64,000 bases of DNA from an uncultured Lachnospiraceae bacterium (lineage in GTDB: Bacteria; Bacillota; Clostridia; Lachnospirales; Lachnospiraceae), in assembly GCA_910585345.1 (NCBI GenBank), contig CAJUDS010000006.1, positions 57,315-121,314 on the forward strand, in the 5' to 3' direction. The position numbers and the translations under genes are program-made. Positions 48,258 through 57,218 of the stretch are shown here, in pieces (within the stretch, counting starts at the first letter, position 1; each line of letters opens with the position of its first letter). The notes below the pieces were generated by a model. It saw only the letters and a list, made by a program, of their open reading frames with translations, ran no database searches and had not been told where the DNA came from.

Positions 48258-50708
48258 TTATTTTACTGTAAAAACAACCTGCTTTTTCTTCAGTCCTGCC
48301 GTTACCGTATCTCCGGGTACGATCTTTTTGCAGAGGATCTCCTCTGCGAGCGCGTCTTCTATCACAGTCTGGACAGCACGTTTCATAGGACGCGCCCCCA
48401 TTTTCATCTCCGTATATTTTTCTACAATATATTCTTTCAAAGCCGGGGTCACCGTAAGCTTAATATCCATCTGCTCCCGGCATCGTTCTGCCAGTACTTT
48501 CGAAAGCAGCGTAACCACCGCTTTCATGTTTTCTTTGTTCAATGGATGAAACACCATAATCTCATCGATACGGTTTATAAATTCCGGCTTAAACATCCGT
48601 TTCACTTCTTCCATTACGCCGGATTTCATCGTTTCATAATCCTTTTTCTCCGAAGTTTCTGCGGCAAAGCCCAGATTTTTGGGCTCGATAATACGCTGCG
48701 CTCCCGCATTCGACGTCATAATCAATATGGTATTTTTAAAGTTTACCTTACGCCCCTTGGAATCTGTAATATGCCCGTCGTCCAATACCTGCAGCAGAAT
48801 ATTGAATACATCCGGATGCGCTTTCTCGATTTCATCAAAAAGCACCACAGAATACGGATTGCGCCGTACTTTTTCGCTAAGCTGCCCTCCTTCCTCAAAC
48901 CCTACATATCCCGGCGGAGAACCGATGATCCTCGAAACCGAATGCGGCTCCATATATTCTGACATATCTACCCTGATCAGGGCGTCTTCCGAGCCAAACA
49001 TCGCTTCCGCCAATGCCTTGCTCAGCTCCGTCTTCCCCACGCCGGTCGGCCCCAGGAATAAGAACGAACCAATCGGACGTCCCGGATCCTGCAGACCGAC
49101 CCTGCCTCTGCGCATAGCCTTAGCTACCGCTGCGACAGCCTCTTCCTGCCCGATCACGCGCTTGTGGAGAATTGACTCCAGCTTCAGAAGGCGTTCGCTC
49201 TCTTTCTCCGCCAGCTTGGATACCGGAATCTTCGTCCATAACGACACGACGTCGGCTATCTCATTTTCACCTACCGACAGATTTCTACCGGCTATCTTCC
49301 GCTCATAGGCGGCTCTGGCCTTATCATACTTTTTGATTAGTTTCTCCTGGTTTCGCCTGATCTCCCCGGCCTGCAGATAAGCTTCAATGCGGATGGAGCG
49401 TTCGATTTGACGGTCCATTTTGCTAATCTCTTCCTGCATCACCTTTAGCTCTTCCGGCATATGCATATCTTTAAGACGAATCGCGGCAGCAGCTTCGTCA
49501 ATCAAATCAATTGCCTTGTCCGGAAGATTTCTGTCATTAATATATCTGTTCGAAAGTTGTACGGCTGCTTCTATCGCTTCCTCCGTAATCGTTACACCGT
49601 GGTGTTCTTCATACCTGCCGCATATACCCGACAGTATACGGACAGCTTCCTCCGGTGAAGGTTCCTCCACCGTCACTGGCTGGAACCTGCGCTCCAACGC
49701 GGCGTCACGTTCCACATATTTCCTGTATTCCGCAATTGTTGTAGCGCCGATTAACTGGATCTCGCCCCTGGCAAGAGAAGGTTTTAAAATATTGGAAGCG
49801 TCAATCGCCCCCTCCGCGCCGCCCGCGCCGATGATCGTATGCAGCTCATCCAGAAACAAAATGATGTTCCCATCCTCTGTGACTTCCCGAATCACCCGTT
49901 TGATACGTTCTTCAAATTCACCCCTGTATTTACTTCCCGCTACCATACCCGATAAGTCGAGCGTGACAACCCGTTTATTCTTAATGGTATCCGGCACATC
50001 TCCTGCTGCGATATGCAGTGCGAGCCCTTCCGCAATAGCGGTCTTGCCCACGCCAGGTTCTCCCACCAGACAGGGATTATTTTTCGTACGGCGGCTTAGA
50101 ATCTGTATGACACGCTGTATCTCCGCCTCTCTGCCGATCACCGGATCCAGCTTTCCCTCCCGGGCCAAAGCAGTCATGTCTCTGCTATACTGATTCAGCG
50201 TTTCCGTTCCATTGTTTTTCTCTTTTTTCTTCTTTCCCTTATATCCCAAATCTTCTTTATACAGATTGGCATCCTGTCCTATCGCAAGAAGCGTATCAAC
50301 ATATAGTTTCTGAATCTGTATCCCCAGTGTGTTCAGAAGCCTGACTGCTACATTGTCCCCTTCCTTTAAAAGCGCCAACAAAATATGCTCTGTTCCGATC
50401 TCTTCCGAGTGGAATCTATGCGCCTGTCTGGCAGCCTCCTGCAGAATCTTTTCCGCCCGCGGTGAATAGCCGTCCCTTTCCCGCATCGGAAGAAAATTCC
50501 CCGGTGCGATCAGGTCATAGATCATAGAAATCAGTTTGTTCTCTTCCACACCGTTATCCTGAAGTACTCTGGCAGCCACTCCTGTATCTTCTCTGAGCAG
50601 ACCGAGCAGAATATGTTCTGTCCCGATATAATTCTGTCTCAACTCTTTTGCCGTCTGTTTTGCCAGGGAAAGCGCAGCCTCCGCTTTCTTTGTATACTGC
50701 GGCATCAT
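48258..50708 (-). CDS. clpC: ATP-dependent Clp protease ATP-binding subunit ClpC
   Basis: Two Clp-N repeats, GEPGVGKT, GPTGVGKT, PPGYVG, LGF loop, GARP. Confidence 0.95.
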   Translation of the reverse strand: MMPQYTKKAEAALSLAKQTAKELRQNYIGTEHILLGLLREDTGVAARVLQDNGVEENKLISMIYDLIAPGNFLPMRERDGYSPRAEKILQEAARQAHRFHSEEIGTEHILLALLKEGDNVAVRLLNTLGIQIQKLYVDTLLAIGQDANLYKEDLGYKGKKKKEKNNGTETLNQYSRDMTALAREGKLDPVIGREAEIQRVIQILSRRTKNNPCLVGEPGVGKTAIAEGLALHIAAGDVPDTIKNKRVVTLDLSGMVAGSKYRGEFEERIKRVIREVTEDGNIILFLDELHTIIGAGGAEGAIDASNILKPSLARGEIQLIGATTIAEYRKYVERDAALERRFQPVTVEEPSPEEAVRILSGICGRYEEHHGVTITEEAIEAAVQLSNRYINDRNLPDKAIDLIDEAAAAIRLKDMHMPEELKVMQEEISKMDRQIERSIRIEAYLQAGEIRRNQEKLIKKYDKARAAYERKIAGRNLSVGENEIADVVSLWTKIPVSKLAEKESERLLKLESILHKRVIGQEEAVAAVAKAMRRGRVGLQDPGRPIGSFLFLGPTGVGKTELSKALAEAMFGSEDALIRVDMSEYMEPHSVSRIIGSPPGYVGFEEGGQLSEKVRRNPYSVVLFDEIEKAHPDVFNILLQVLDDGHITDSKGRKVNFKNTILIMTSNAGAQRIIEPKNLGFAAETSEKKDYETMKSGVMEEVKRMFKPEFINRIDEIMVFHPLNKENMKAVVTLLSKVLAERCREQMDIKLTVTPALKEYIVEKYTEMKMGARPMKRAVQTVIEDALAEEILCKKIVPGDTVTAGLKKKQVVFTVK

Positions 50709-51082
50709 TCCATTCCTCCATAATCTTCATAGATTTCATCTATAAGAGCATGCACTTCCTGCCGGGAAATATTCTTGCAGCTTCCTTTCGCCAGAATTAC
50801 CCGCAGCTCTTTTTTCATATCCTCCACCGCCTGTATTTTATCAATATCCACAGCAATGACAGCGCCTTTTCTTCTGTCTACTTTCACATAGCCTTCCTGT
50901 TTCAGAACGGTGTACGCTTTATTTACCGTATGCATATTGATCCCTATCATATCCGCAAGCTGCCGCACAGACGGAAGCGCGTCTCCCTCTCTAAATCTGG
51001 TTGTCGCAATACCAAGAATAATCTGATTACGCAATTGTATATACAACGCCTCGTCACTGTTAAAATCCAGTTCAATCATCAT
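50705..51082 (-). CDS. GntR family transcriptional regulator
   Basis: LYIQL, LPSVRQLA..INMHTVNKAY; stop overlaps the clpC start (ATGA). Confidence 0.92.
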   Translation of the reverse strand: MMIELDFNSDEALYIQLRNQIILGIATTRFREGDALPSVRQLADMIGINMHTVNKAYTVLKQEGYVKVDRRKGAVIAVDIDKIQAVEDMKKELRVILAKGSCKNISRQEVHALIDEIYEDYGGME

Positions 51083-51096
51083 CCTATCACACCCTT

Positions 51097-51135
51097 TGTT
51101 ATACAAATATTATAACAGCGTGACACAAAAGTCAA
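51097..51135 (-). promoter_or_regulatory. Promoter with overlapping palindromic operator
   Basis: TTGACT (51130-51135)-N17-TAATAT; TGTTATA-N7-TATAACA at 51097-51117. Confidence 0.7.
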
Positions 51136-51153
51136 GCCAAAAAAGGCATTTGT

Positions 51154-51199
51154 CACGGAAATCAATTTTGCGCTTACTGGCACAAAATTGACTTTCCCG
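51154..51199. repeat. 46-bp palindromic mini-element, copy B
   Basis: CACGGAAATCAATTTTG..CAAAATTGACTTTCCCG. Confidence 0.85.
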
Positions 51200-51208
51200 A
51201 GCATTTGT

Positions 51209-51674
51209 CAGGACAAACGCATGAATGAACAAATTGTAAACATTTTTGTAGCAGCCGTAGTGAACGCCCATTTGCCAAATTGACAGTTTCTGTATCAGCT
51301 CCGGCCTGGTTTTGCGCAGTTTTCAGATAAAAGAACTTGTCAGGATTTCGCAGGATAAATCATTCACACACCGGGCAAAAGTACAATTTCGCGAATTTGT
51401 ATGCCATTTTCGGACAAGGATGTCCGCCACTGTCATACAAATTTGCGAAAACTGTCTTTTTTACGGTGCATGTCATTGATTTATTTTGCGAAATCGAAAG
51501 TAAAGTATTGTCCTGAAAAACTGCGCAGACTGCCTGGCATAAATTTCTATGCGGGCGGCTTTGCAGGAAAGATTAGTCTTTTCTGCCCGGCGTACGCACA
51601 GAAATTATGCCGGGCAGTGCTCAGGAAAACCGATTCTAAATGTTCATAAAATGTTAACACATACGTTTGTCGTG
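51209..51674. mobile_element. 466-bp foldback MITE-like element, copy B
   Basis: TIR CAGGACAAACGCATG / CATACGTTTGTCGTG; flanks AGCATTTGT / GGGATTTGT; 53 bp longer than copy A. Confidence 0.88.
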
Positions 51675-51759
51675 GGGATTTGTCATAACTCATTTGTCAC
51701 CTTGACAGGAAAAAAGCCAGCGCCGGCATTCTCTCTTTGTCAGCGCTGACCGTTTTTGA

Positions 51760-53130
51760 TCAAAAATCATCCCTGTCGTCCATATTCAGAAACTCAAATT
51801 CAAAATCATCATCATCAAGATACTCTTCGTCGTCATCCTCATCGTCCTCTTCGTCCTCATCTTCATCCTCGTCGTCGTCATCATCGTCCTCACGGCGGGA
51901 AAGAAAGTTTCTGGGACTCCACCGGCGTTTCCTTACAGGACGGTCATCTTCTTCGTCGTCCTCGTCGTCATCGTCTTCCTCCTCATCATATTCGTCGTCG
52001 TCCTCGTCCTCATCATCGTATTCTTCGTCATCTTCGTCGTCATCATATTCTTCGTCATCCTCATCGTCATCGTATTCTTCATCATCATACGCATAACCAC
52101 GATATTCCCGCAGCTTCACTGCAAGCATAATACATACGAGTATCAAGATAACAAACACTACGATCGCTGCCATCAGGATCATTTTTCCCTTGCCTTCCAA
52201 AGATGGCAGAAAACTGTCGCCGGAACCCGCAGATCCCCCTTCCAAATCCACTTCTTTGAACTGCCCGCTTTCGGTTGAGTACAGATACCAGGTTCCGTTT
52301 TCTTCTCCTTCTTCTCCCTCCTCATCCGTTATGTACAGAAGATAATGTTTCGGGGATGCATATTCCTCCAAAAACGCTTCGTCAATCGTAATATCATTTA
52401 AATCCGTGCCTGCAGGAAGGATTTGTGAAGAAATAATATTCGAAATTTTTAAGCTGCCGTCTCCTTCCGGAGGCGCCGCTTCTTCCGCCCCGTCCGGAGC
52501 CTCCTCTTCCGGCGCCGCTTCTCCGCCTTCTCCGCCTTCTCCCTCCGGTCCGCCTTCCGCAGCTTCTACCGGTTCTACAAGATCGGCACGGATAAAACCT
52601 GTCTTGCCGTCCACTTCCACCTGATACCATTGCTCGCCGCTGTCGCTGAGCGCTTCTCCCGTAACCGTAACCGTCTCACCGGATTTTACGCTGTTTCCAA
52701 CCTTGCCTGCTGACGAGGAGGGGCCGCTTCTGATATTGGCGCTTTCTGTCGTAACCACCGCCGACGTAACGTCTGTTCCGGCTATCGTACCTGCACTTTC
52801 CGCAGGAGCTTCCTGCCCTCCGCCGCCTTTTTCAACCAGGTCAGAACGGATATACCCCAAAGTATTATTCACTGACACCTGATACCAGGTATTGCCGTCG
52901 TTTCCCGTCGTTTCGTCAAGGATTGTCAGGATATCTCCCTTTTTTACGCCGGTAACTATCGTCCCGTTCGTACTCGCCTCACTCCGTACATTGGCATCAT
53001 TTTTTACGGTGATCTCCTCCGCATGGCTGATCATCGTATTTCCTCCGAAAAGCAGCAGATATAGCATTATTGCCATTCCAAATACTGTATATAGGATCCC
53101 TCTTCCTGCTTTTTCTGTTGTTATCTTCAT
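51760..53130 (-). CDS. Membrane protein with two SH3b domains and a long acidic C-terminal tail
   Basis: ANVRS..WYQV..GYIRSDLV and ANIRS..WYQV..GFIRADLV; TM helix; D/E tail; start MKITTEK at 53130. Confidence 0.85.
   Translation of the reverse strand: MKITTEKAGRGILYTVFGMAIMLYLLLFGGNTMISHAEEITVKNDANVRSEASTNGTIVTGVKKGDILTILDETTGNDGNTWYQVSVNNTLGYIRSDLVEKGGGGQEAPAESAGTIAGTDVTSAVVTTESANIRSGPSSSAGKVGNSVKSGETVTVTGEALSDSGEQWYQVEVDGKTGFIRADLVEPVEAAEGGPEGEGGEGGEAAPEEEAPDGAEEAAPPEGDGSLKISNIISSQILPAGTDLNDITIDEAFLEEYASPKHYLLYITDEEGEEGEENGTWYLYSTESGQFKEVDLEGGSAGSGDSFLPSLEGKGKMILMAAIVVFVILILVCIMLAVKLREYRGYAYDDEEYDDDEDDEEYDDDEDDEEYDDEDEDDDEYDEEEDDDDEDDEEDDRPVRKRRWSPRNFLSRREDDDDDDEDEDEDEEDDEDDDEEYLDDDDFEFEFLNMDDRDDF
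51775..52090. repeat. Low-complexity TCR-triplet tract encoding poly-Asp/Glu, with 27-bp subrepeats
   Basis: DDEEYDDDE units repeated. Confidence 0.9.
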
Positions 53131-53149
53131 TCTCTTTATGTATCCTTCC

Positions 53150-53602
53150 TTAAAAATTACGCCGGAAGCGCTTTGCGCCTGCTTCCTCCTCAGATGCTTT
53201 CCCAAAGCCCTGCATTTTTTTCTGACGTCGTTCCTCGTCTTCCAGCCGCGCATGATAGTCTTTCTCACATTTTGCACAGAATCTGCCGCTGCGTATATTG
53301 GCGCCGCAGACCTCACAGCGCATAAAAGCAGCCGAATCCTGCGCAATTTCCAGCCTGTTTTCTTTCAGCATCTGACGAATAGATTTCTGGCTCACCCCGG
53401 TATTCAGCTCCACATCTGACGCAGTGCTCCCCGGATGTTTTTCAATATAAAGACGTGTTTTGCCGTAATCATCATAAGCCACTGCCTTACAGTCCTCGCA
53501 ATGATATTCCCCTACTCCTTTAAACACCATAATACCGCCGCACTTTTCGCAGTGAACAGGACGATTATACATATCTTCGGTATTCAAAAGTTTTTTTGCC
53601 AT
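53150..53602 (-). CDS. YvyF-like Zn-finger/HTH protein
   Basis: CxxC pairs flank a central HP.ST..DV...TGVS...I..ML...RL segment; CEVCG..I.SGRFC..C. Confidence 0.65.
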   Translation of the reverse strand: MAKKLLNTEDMYNRPVHCEKCGGIMVFKGVGEYHCEDCKAVAYDDYGKTRLYIEKHPGSTASDVELNTGVSQKSIRQMLKENRLEIAQDSAAFMRCEVCGANIRSGRFCAKCEKDYHARLEDEERRQKKMQGFGKASEEEAGAKRFRRNF

Positions 53603-53635
53603 ATAAAATGCCCCCTTATTATTAACTCTTATCCG

Positions 53636-54907
53636 TCACGCTTCATCAATTGCTCTGCCAATGTCGTGCCGCATATACTGATTCTGAAAAGAAACCCACT
53701 GCGCCGCTTCGTATGCTTTCGCACGCGCCTCTTTCAGATCCTTCCCCAACGCACTGATGCCAAGCACACGGCCGCCGTTTGTCACGATCTCCCCGTCTTT
53801 CCACGCCGTTCCCGCATGAAAGCAGAAACAGTCTTTTCTGCCGTCAAACGCGTCCAGGCCTGAAATCGCAAATCCCTTTTCATAGGAAACGGGATAACCG
53901 CCGGACGCCAATACGACGCAGACTGCCGCATTCTCTTCAAAATCAAGTGTAATCTGATCCAGTCTGCCGTCAATACACGCCTCCATCACCTCAACCAGAT
54001 CATTCTTCATACGCGGCAGCACCACCTGCGCCTCCGGATCTCCAAATCTGGCATTGTATTCCAGCACCTTCGGTCCACTCTCCGTCAACATAAGCCCGAA
54101 AAAGATAATCCCCTGAAATGGCCTGCCTTCCGCAGCCATAGCGTCTACCGTAGCCTGATAAATGTGCTTTTGACAAAACGCATCTATTTCCTGCGTATAA
54201 AAAGGGCTCGGTGAAAATGTCCCCATACCGCCGGTATTCAAACCGGTGTCACCATCCCCGGCCCGCTTATGGTCCTGGGCTGACGTCATTGTCCTGATCG
54301 TCTTTCCATCTACAAAAGACAGCACAGATACTTCCCGTCCTGTCATAAATTCCTCGATTACAATTCGGTTGCCCGCATCTCCGAACTGTTTTTTCTCCAT
54401 AATGGTTATGACCGCATCTCTGGCTTCCTGCAGCGTATTGCAGATCAACACACCCTTACCAAGCGCCAGTCCGTCAGCCTTTACTACGACAGGCATCCTC
54501 GCTGTCTCCAAATAAGCCAGCGCCTCCCCAGGCGAACTGAAATTTTCATAAGCAGCCGTCGGAATATGATACTTTTTCATCAGATCTTTTGAAAAAGCCT
54601 TGCTGCCCTCCAGAATTGCCGCGTTCCTGCGCGGACCGAATACCCGTATACCCGCTGCTTCCAGTACATCGGTAAGACCACCTACAAGCGGATCGTCCAT
54701 GCCGATTACCACCAGATCGATTGCCTTTTCTCTGGCAAAGGATGCAAGCCTGTCAAATTCCATAGCGCCGATCGGCACACACTGTGCGATCTGCGAAATT
54801 CCCGCGTTCCCCGGCGCACAGTAAATCTGCTCCACTTTTCTGCTTTTGGCCACGCTTGCAGCGATGGCATGCTCTCTTCCGCCGCTTCCTACAATCAGAA
54901 CTTTCAT
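53636..54907 (-). CDS. purD: Phosphoribosylamine--glycine ligase
   Basis: GSGGREHA, KADGLA.GKGV, NTGGMG, RFGDPE. Confidence 0.98.
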   Translation of the reverse strand: MKVLIVGSGGREHAIAASVAKSRKVEQIYCAPGNAGISQIAQCVPIGAMEFDRLASFAREKAIDLVVIGMDDPLVGGLTDVLEAAGIRVFGPRRNAAILEGSKAFSKDLMKKYHIPTAAYENFSSPGEALAYLETARMPVVVKADGLALGKGVLICNTLQEARDAVITIMEKKQFGDAGNRIVIEEFMTGREVSVLSFVDGKTIRTMTSAQDHKRAGDGDTGLNTGGMGTFSPSPFYTQEIDAFCQKHIYQATVDAMAAEGRPFQGIIFFGLMLTESGPKVLEYNARFGDPEAQVVLPRMKNDLVEVMEACIDGRLDQITLDFEENAAVCVVLASGGYPVSYEKGFAISGLDAFDGRKDCFCFHAGTAWKDGEIVTNGGRVLGISALGKDLKEARAKAYEAAQWVSFQNQYMRHDIGRAIDEA

Positions 54908-54971
54908 CTTTTCCTCCTTCTGATACGCTTACTGCGTCATGCCGGCAGATTTTCCCTATCTGTCGTATCCG

Positions 54972-55598
54972 TCAATCCGCCACGTCCGCTCTGCCGTCTC
55001 TCACGCTGATCTTTCCATGCGCAAACAAATCCACTGCTCTGGGAAGAAGCTCCCATTCCGCCTCCTCCATAACACGACGCTGCAGCGTCCCAGGCGTATC
55101 GCCGCTCTGAACTGCGACCGCCTTCTGCAATACAATCGGCCCGGTATCTGTCCCCTCGTCTACAAAATGTACTGTAGCACCTGTTATTTTAACACCCCGC
55201 TCAAGCGCTTTCTCATGAACTTTCAATCCATAACAGCCTGTTCCACAAAAAGAAGGAATCAGGGAAGGATGGATATTTAAAATTCGGTTTCTGTATTTTC
55301 GTATCATCTCTTCCGGAAGTACGACAAGAAAACCTGCCAATACAATCAGATCCGGATCCGACTCCTCCACCGCATGTAAAAACGCGGCATGAAAAGCCTC
55401 CCTGTCAGGATACTCCTTCGGAGAAACGCAGACTGCATCAATATGATGCTCTCTGGCACGCTCTAACGCATAAGCGCCCTTGTTATTGCTGATCACACGT
55501 ACGATCTGTGCATCTCTTACCTTTCCGCTTTCCATACTGTCAATCAGCGCCTGCAGATTCGTGCCGCCGCCTGAAACACACACAAGAACCCTCAGCAT
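54972..55598 (-). CDS. purN: Phosphoribosylglycinamide formyltransferase
   Basis: [26 protein letters not shown]. Confidence 0.97.
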   Translation of the reverse strand: MLRVLVCVSGGGTNLQALIDSMESGKVRDAQIVRVISNNKGAYALERAREHHIDAVCVSPKEYPDREAFHAAFLHAVEESDPDLIVLAGFLVVLPEEMIRKYRNRILNIHPSLIPSFCGTGCYGLKVHEKALERGVKITGATVHFVDEGTDTGPIVLQKAVAVQSGDTPGTLQRRVMEEAEWELLPRAVDLFAHGKISVRDGRADVAD

Positions 55599-56617
55599 AA
55601 GACAACTCCCTTATCCCCGGACTCTGTATAACCGATCCGGTACGCTGTCTCTCCTGCAGCCTGCAGAACCGCCATCGTTTTGTCCACATCCGCGGGATCA
55701 ACTGCCACTACCATGCCAATCCCCATATTATAAGTGCTGTACATCATTTCTTCTGCGATATTTCCTTCCCGCTGAAGCAGCCCGAACACGGGAGGCGTCT
55801 CATAGCTGTCCTTTTTTACCACAGCCCGCACGCCTTTCGGAAGCATACGGGGAATATTTTCATAAAAGCCGCCGCCGGTAATATGGCTGCATGCCTTTAT
55901 CCTGATACCCGCCTCCTTCACACGCCTTAAGGCTTTTACATAGATTTTGGTCGGCGTCAAAAGCGTATCGCCCAAAGTGCCGCCAAGCTCCTGATAATAT
56001 GTATCCAGATTTTCTTTCGTCATGGTAAATACGTTGCGCACAAGGGAAAAGCCATTGCTGTGCACGCCGCTTGAAGCGATGCCAATCAGCACATCTCCTG
56101 TTTTCAAATCTTTCCCCGTAATTAAATCCTTTTCATCAACAATTCCCACCGCAAAGCCTGCCAGATCGTATTCATTGGTCGGATAAAATCCCGGCATCTC
56201 CGCCGTCTCACCGCCGATCAGGGCGGCGCCTGCCTGCCTGCAGCCATCCGCCACTCCTTTTACAATATCGGCGACTTTCTCCGGAAAGTTTTTACCACAT
56301 GCAATATAATCCAGAAAAAACAATGGTTCACCACCTGCACAGGCAATATCGTTAACGCACATGGCTACACAGTCAATTCCTACCGTGTCATGCCGGTCCA
56401 TCAAAAATGCAATCTTCAATTTTGTTCCCACGCCGTCCGTACCTGAAACAAGTGTGGGTTTTTCCATATTTTTAAATGCTTCCATGGAAAAGGCGCCCGA
56501 AAATCCTCCGATACCGCCCAGTACTTCCGGACGCATCGTCTCTTTTACATATTTCTTCATCAATTCTACGGAAGCGTAGCCCGCTTCGATATCCACCCCT
56601 GCACTTTTGTAATCCAT
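55592..56617 (-). CDS. purM: Phosphoribosylformylglycinamidine cyclo-ligase
   Basis: [30 protein letters not shown]. Confidence 0.98.
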   Translation of the reverse strand: MDYKSAGVDIEAGYASVELMKKYVKETMRPEVLGGIGGFSGAFSMEAFKNMEKPTLVSGTDGVGTKLKIAFLMDRHDTVGIDCVAMCVNDIACAGGEPLFFLDYIACGKNFPEKVADIVKGVADGCRQAGAALIGGETAEMPGFYPTNEYDLAGFAVGIVDEKDLITGKDLKTGDVLIGIASSGVHSNGFSLVRNVFTMTKENLDTYYQELGGTLGDTLLTPTKIYVKALRRVKEAGIRIKACSHITGGGFYENIPRMLPKGVRAVVKKDSYETPPVFGLLQREGNIAEEMMYSTYNMGIGMVVAVDPADVDKTMAVLQAAGETAYRIGYTESGDKGVVLC

Positions 56618-56634
56618 CTCTTCCTCCTTATATA

Positions 56635-57135
56635 TCAGTAATCCCTATATCCAGCCTCCTGCAAACGGGCATCCTTCTTTTCCACCGTTTCCTTCAGCCG
56701 CTTTGCATAATCCTTTACCTTCTGCAGCAGCGCAGGATCCGACACCGCGAGTATCTTTGCCGCCAGAAGCCCGGCATTGGCGCCGCCTCCGATTGCCACA
56801 GTCGCTACCGGAATCCCCGAAGGCATCTGCACAATCGAATACAGGGAATCTCTGCCGCCCAGGGACGTAGTATGCATCGGAATGCCAATGACAGGCATCG
56901 GAAAAACAGCCGCGCACATACCTGGAAGATGCGCTGCCATCCCCGCTCCCGCAATCACAACCTTGATCCCTCTCTCTTCTGCTGTTTTTGCATATTCGAA
57001 AAATACATCCGGCTCCCTATGCGCGGAAATAATCCGCATTTCATAGGAAATTCCAAGCTGTTCCAAAATATCGGCTGCTTTTGCCATAACCGGCAGATCA
57101 GAATCACTGCCCATCACAATCGAAACCTGCGCCAT
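56635..57135 (-). CDS. purE: N5-CAIR mutase / AIR carboxylase
   Basis: [27 protein letters not shown]. Confidence 0.97.
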   Translation of the reverse strand: MAQVSIVMGSDSDLPVMAKAADILEQLGISYEMRIISAHREPDVFFEYAKTAEERGIKVVIAGAGMAAHLPGMCAAVFPMPVIGIPMHTTSLGGRDSLYSIVQMPSGIPVATVAIGGGANAGLLAAKILAVSDPALLQKVKDYAKRLKETVEKKDARLQEAGYRDY

Positions 57136-57218
57136 AACGATAGATCCATCCTTTCTTTATCATTTCATTCTCTTCTATATTATTATGAGACTTCTTTACC
57201 GTCAATAGATTAGATGTT

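Noticed and set aside
47484..48962. 492-aa plus-strand ORF and other long antisense ORFs (e.g. 17154-18344, 37477-38427, 25647-26546, 675-1463)
   Set aside because: They lie opposite well-supported genes and have no recognisable motifs; typical shadow ORFs from codon bias.
51737..52130. Poly-Ser and Arg/His-rich ORFs here and at 8929-9386
   Set aside because: Alternate or antisense frames of poly-Asp/Glu codons.
57136..57218. Purine riboswitch or missing purK as an anomaly at purEMND
   Set aside because: The leader is too short and has no aptamer consensus; split pur clusters without purK are common in anaerobic clostridia.
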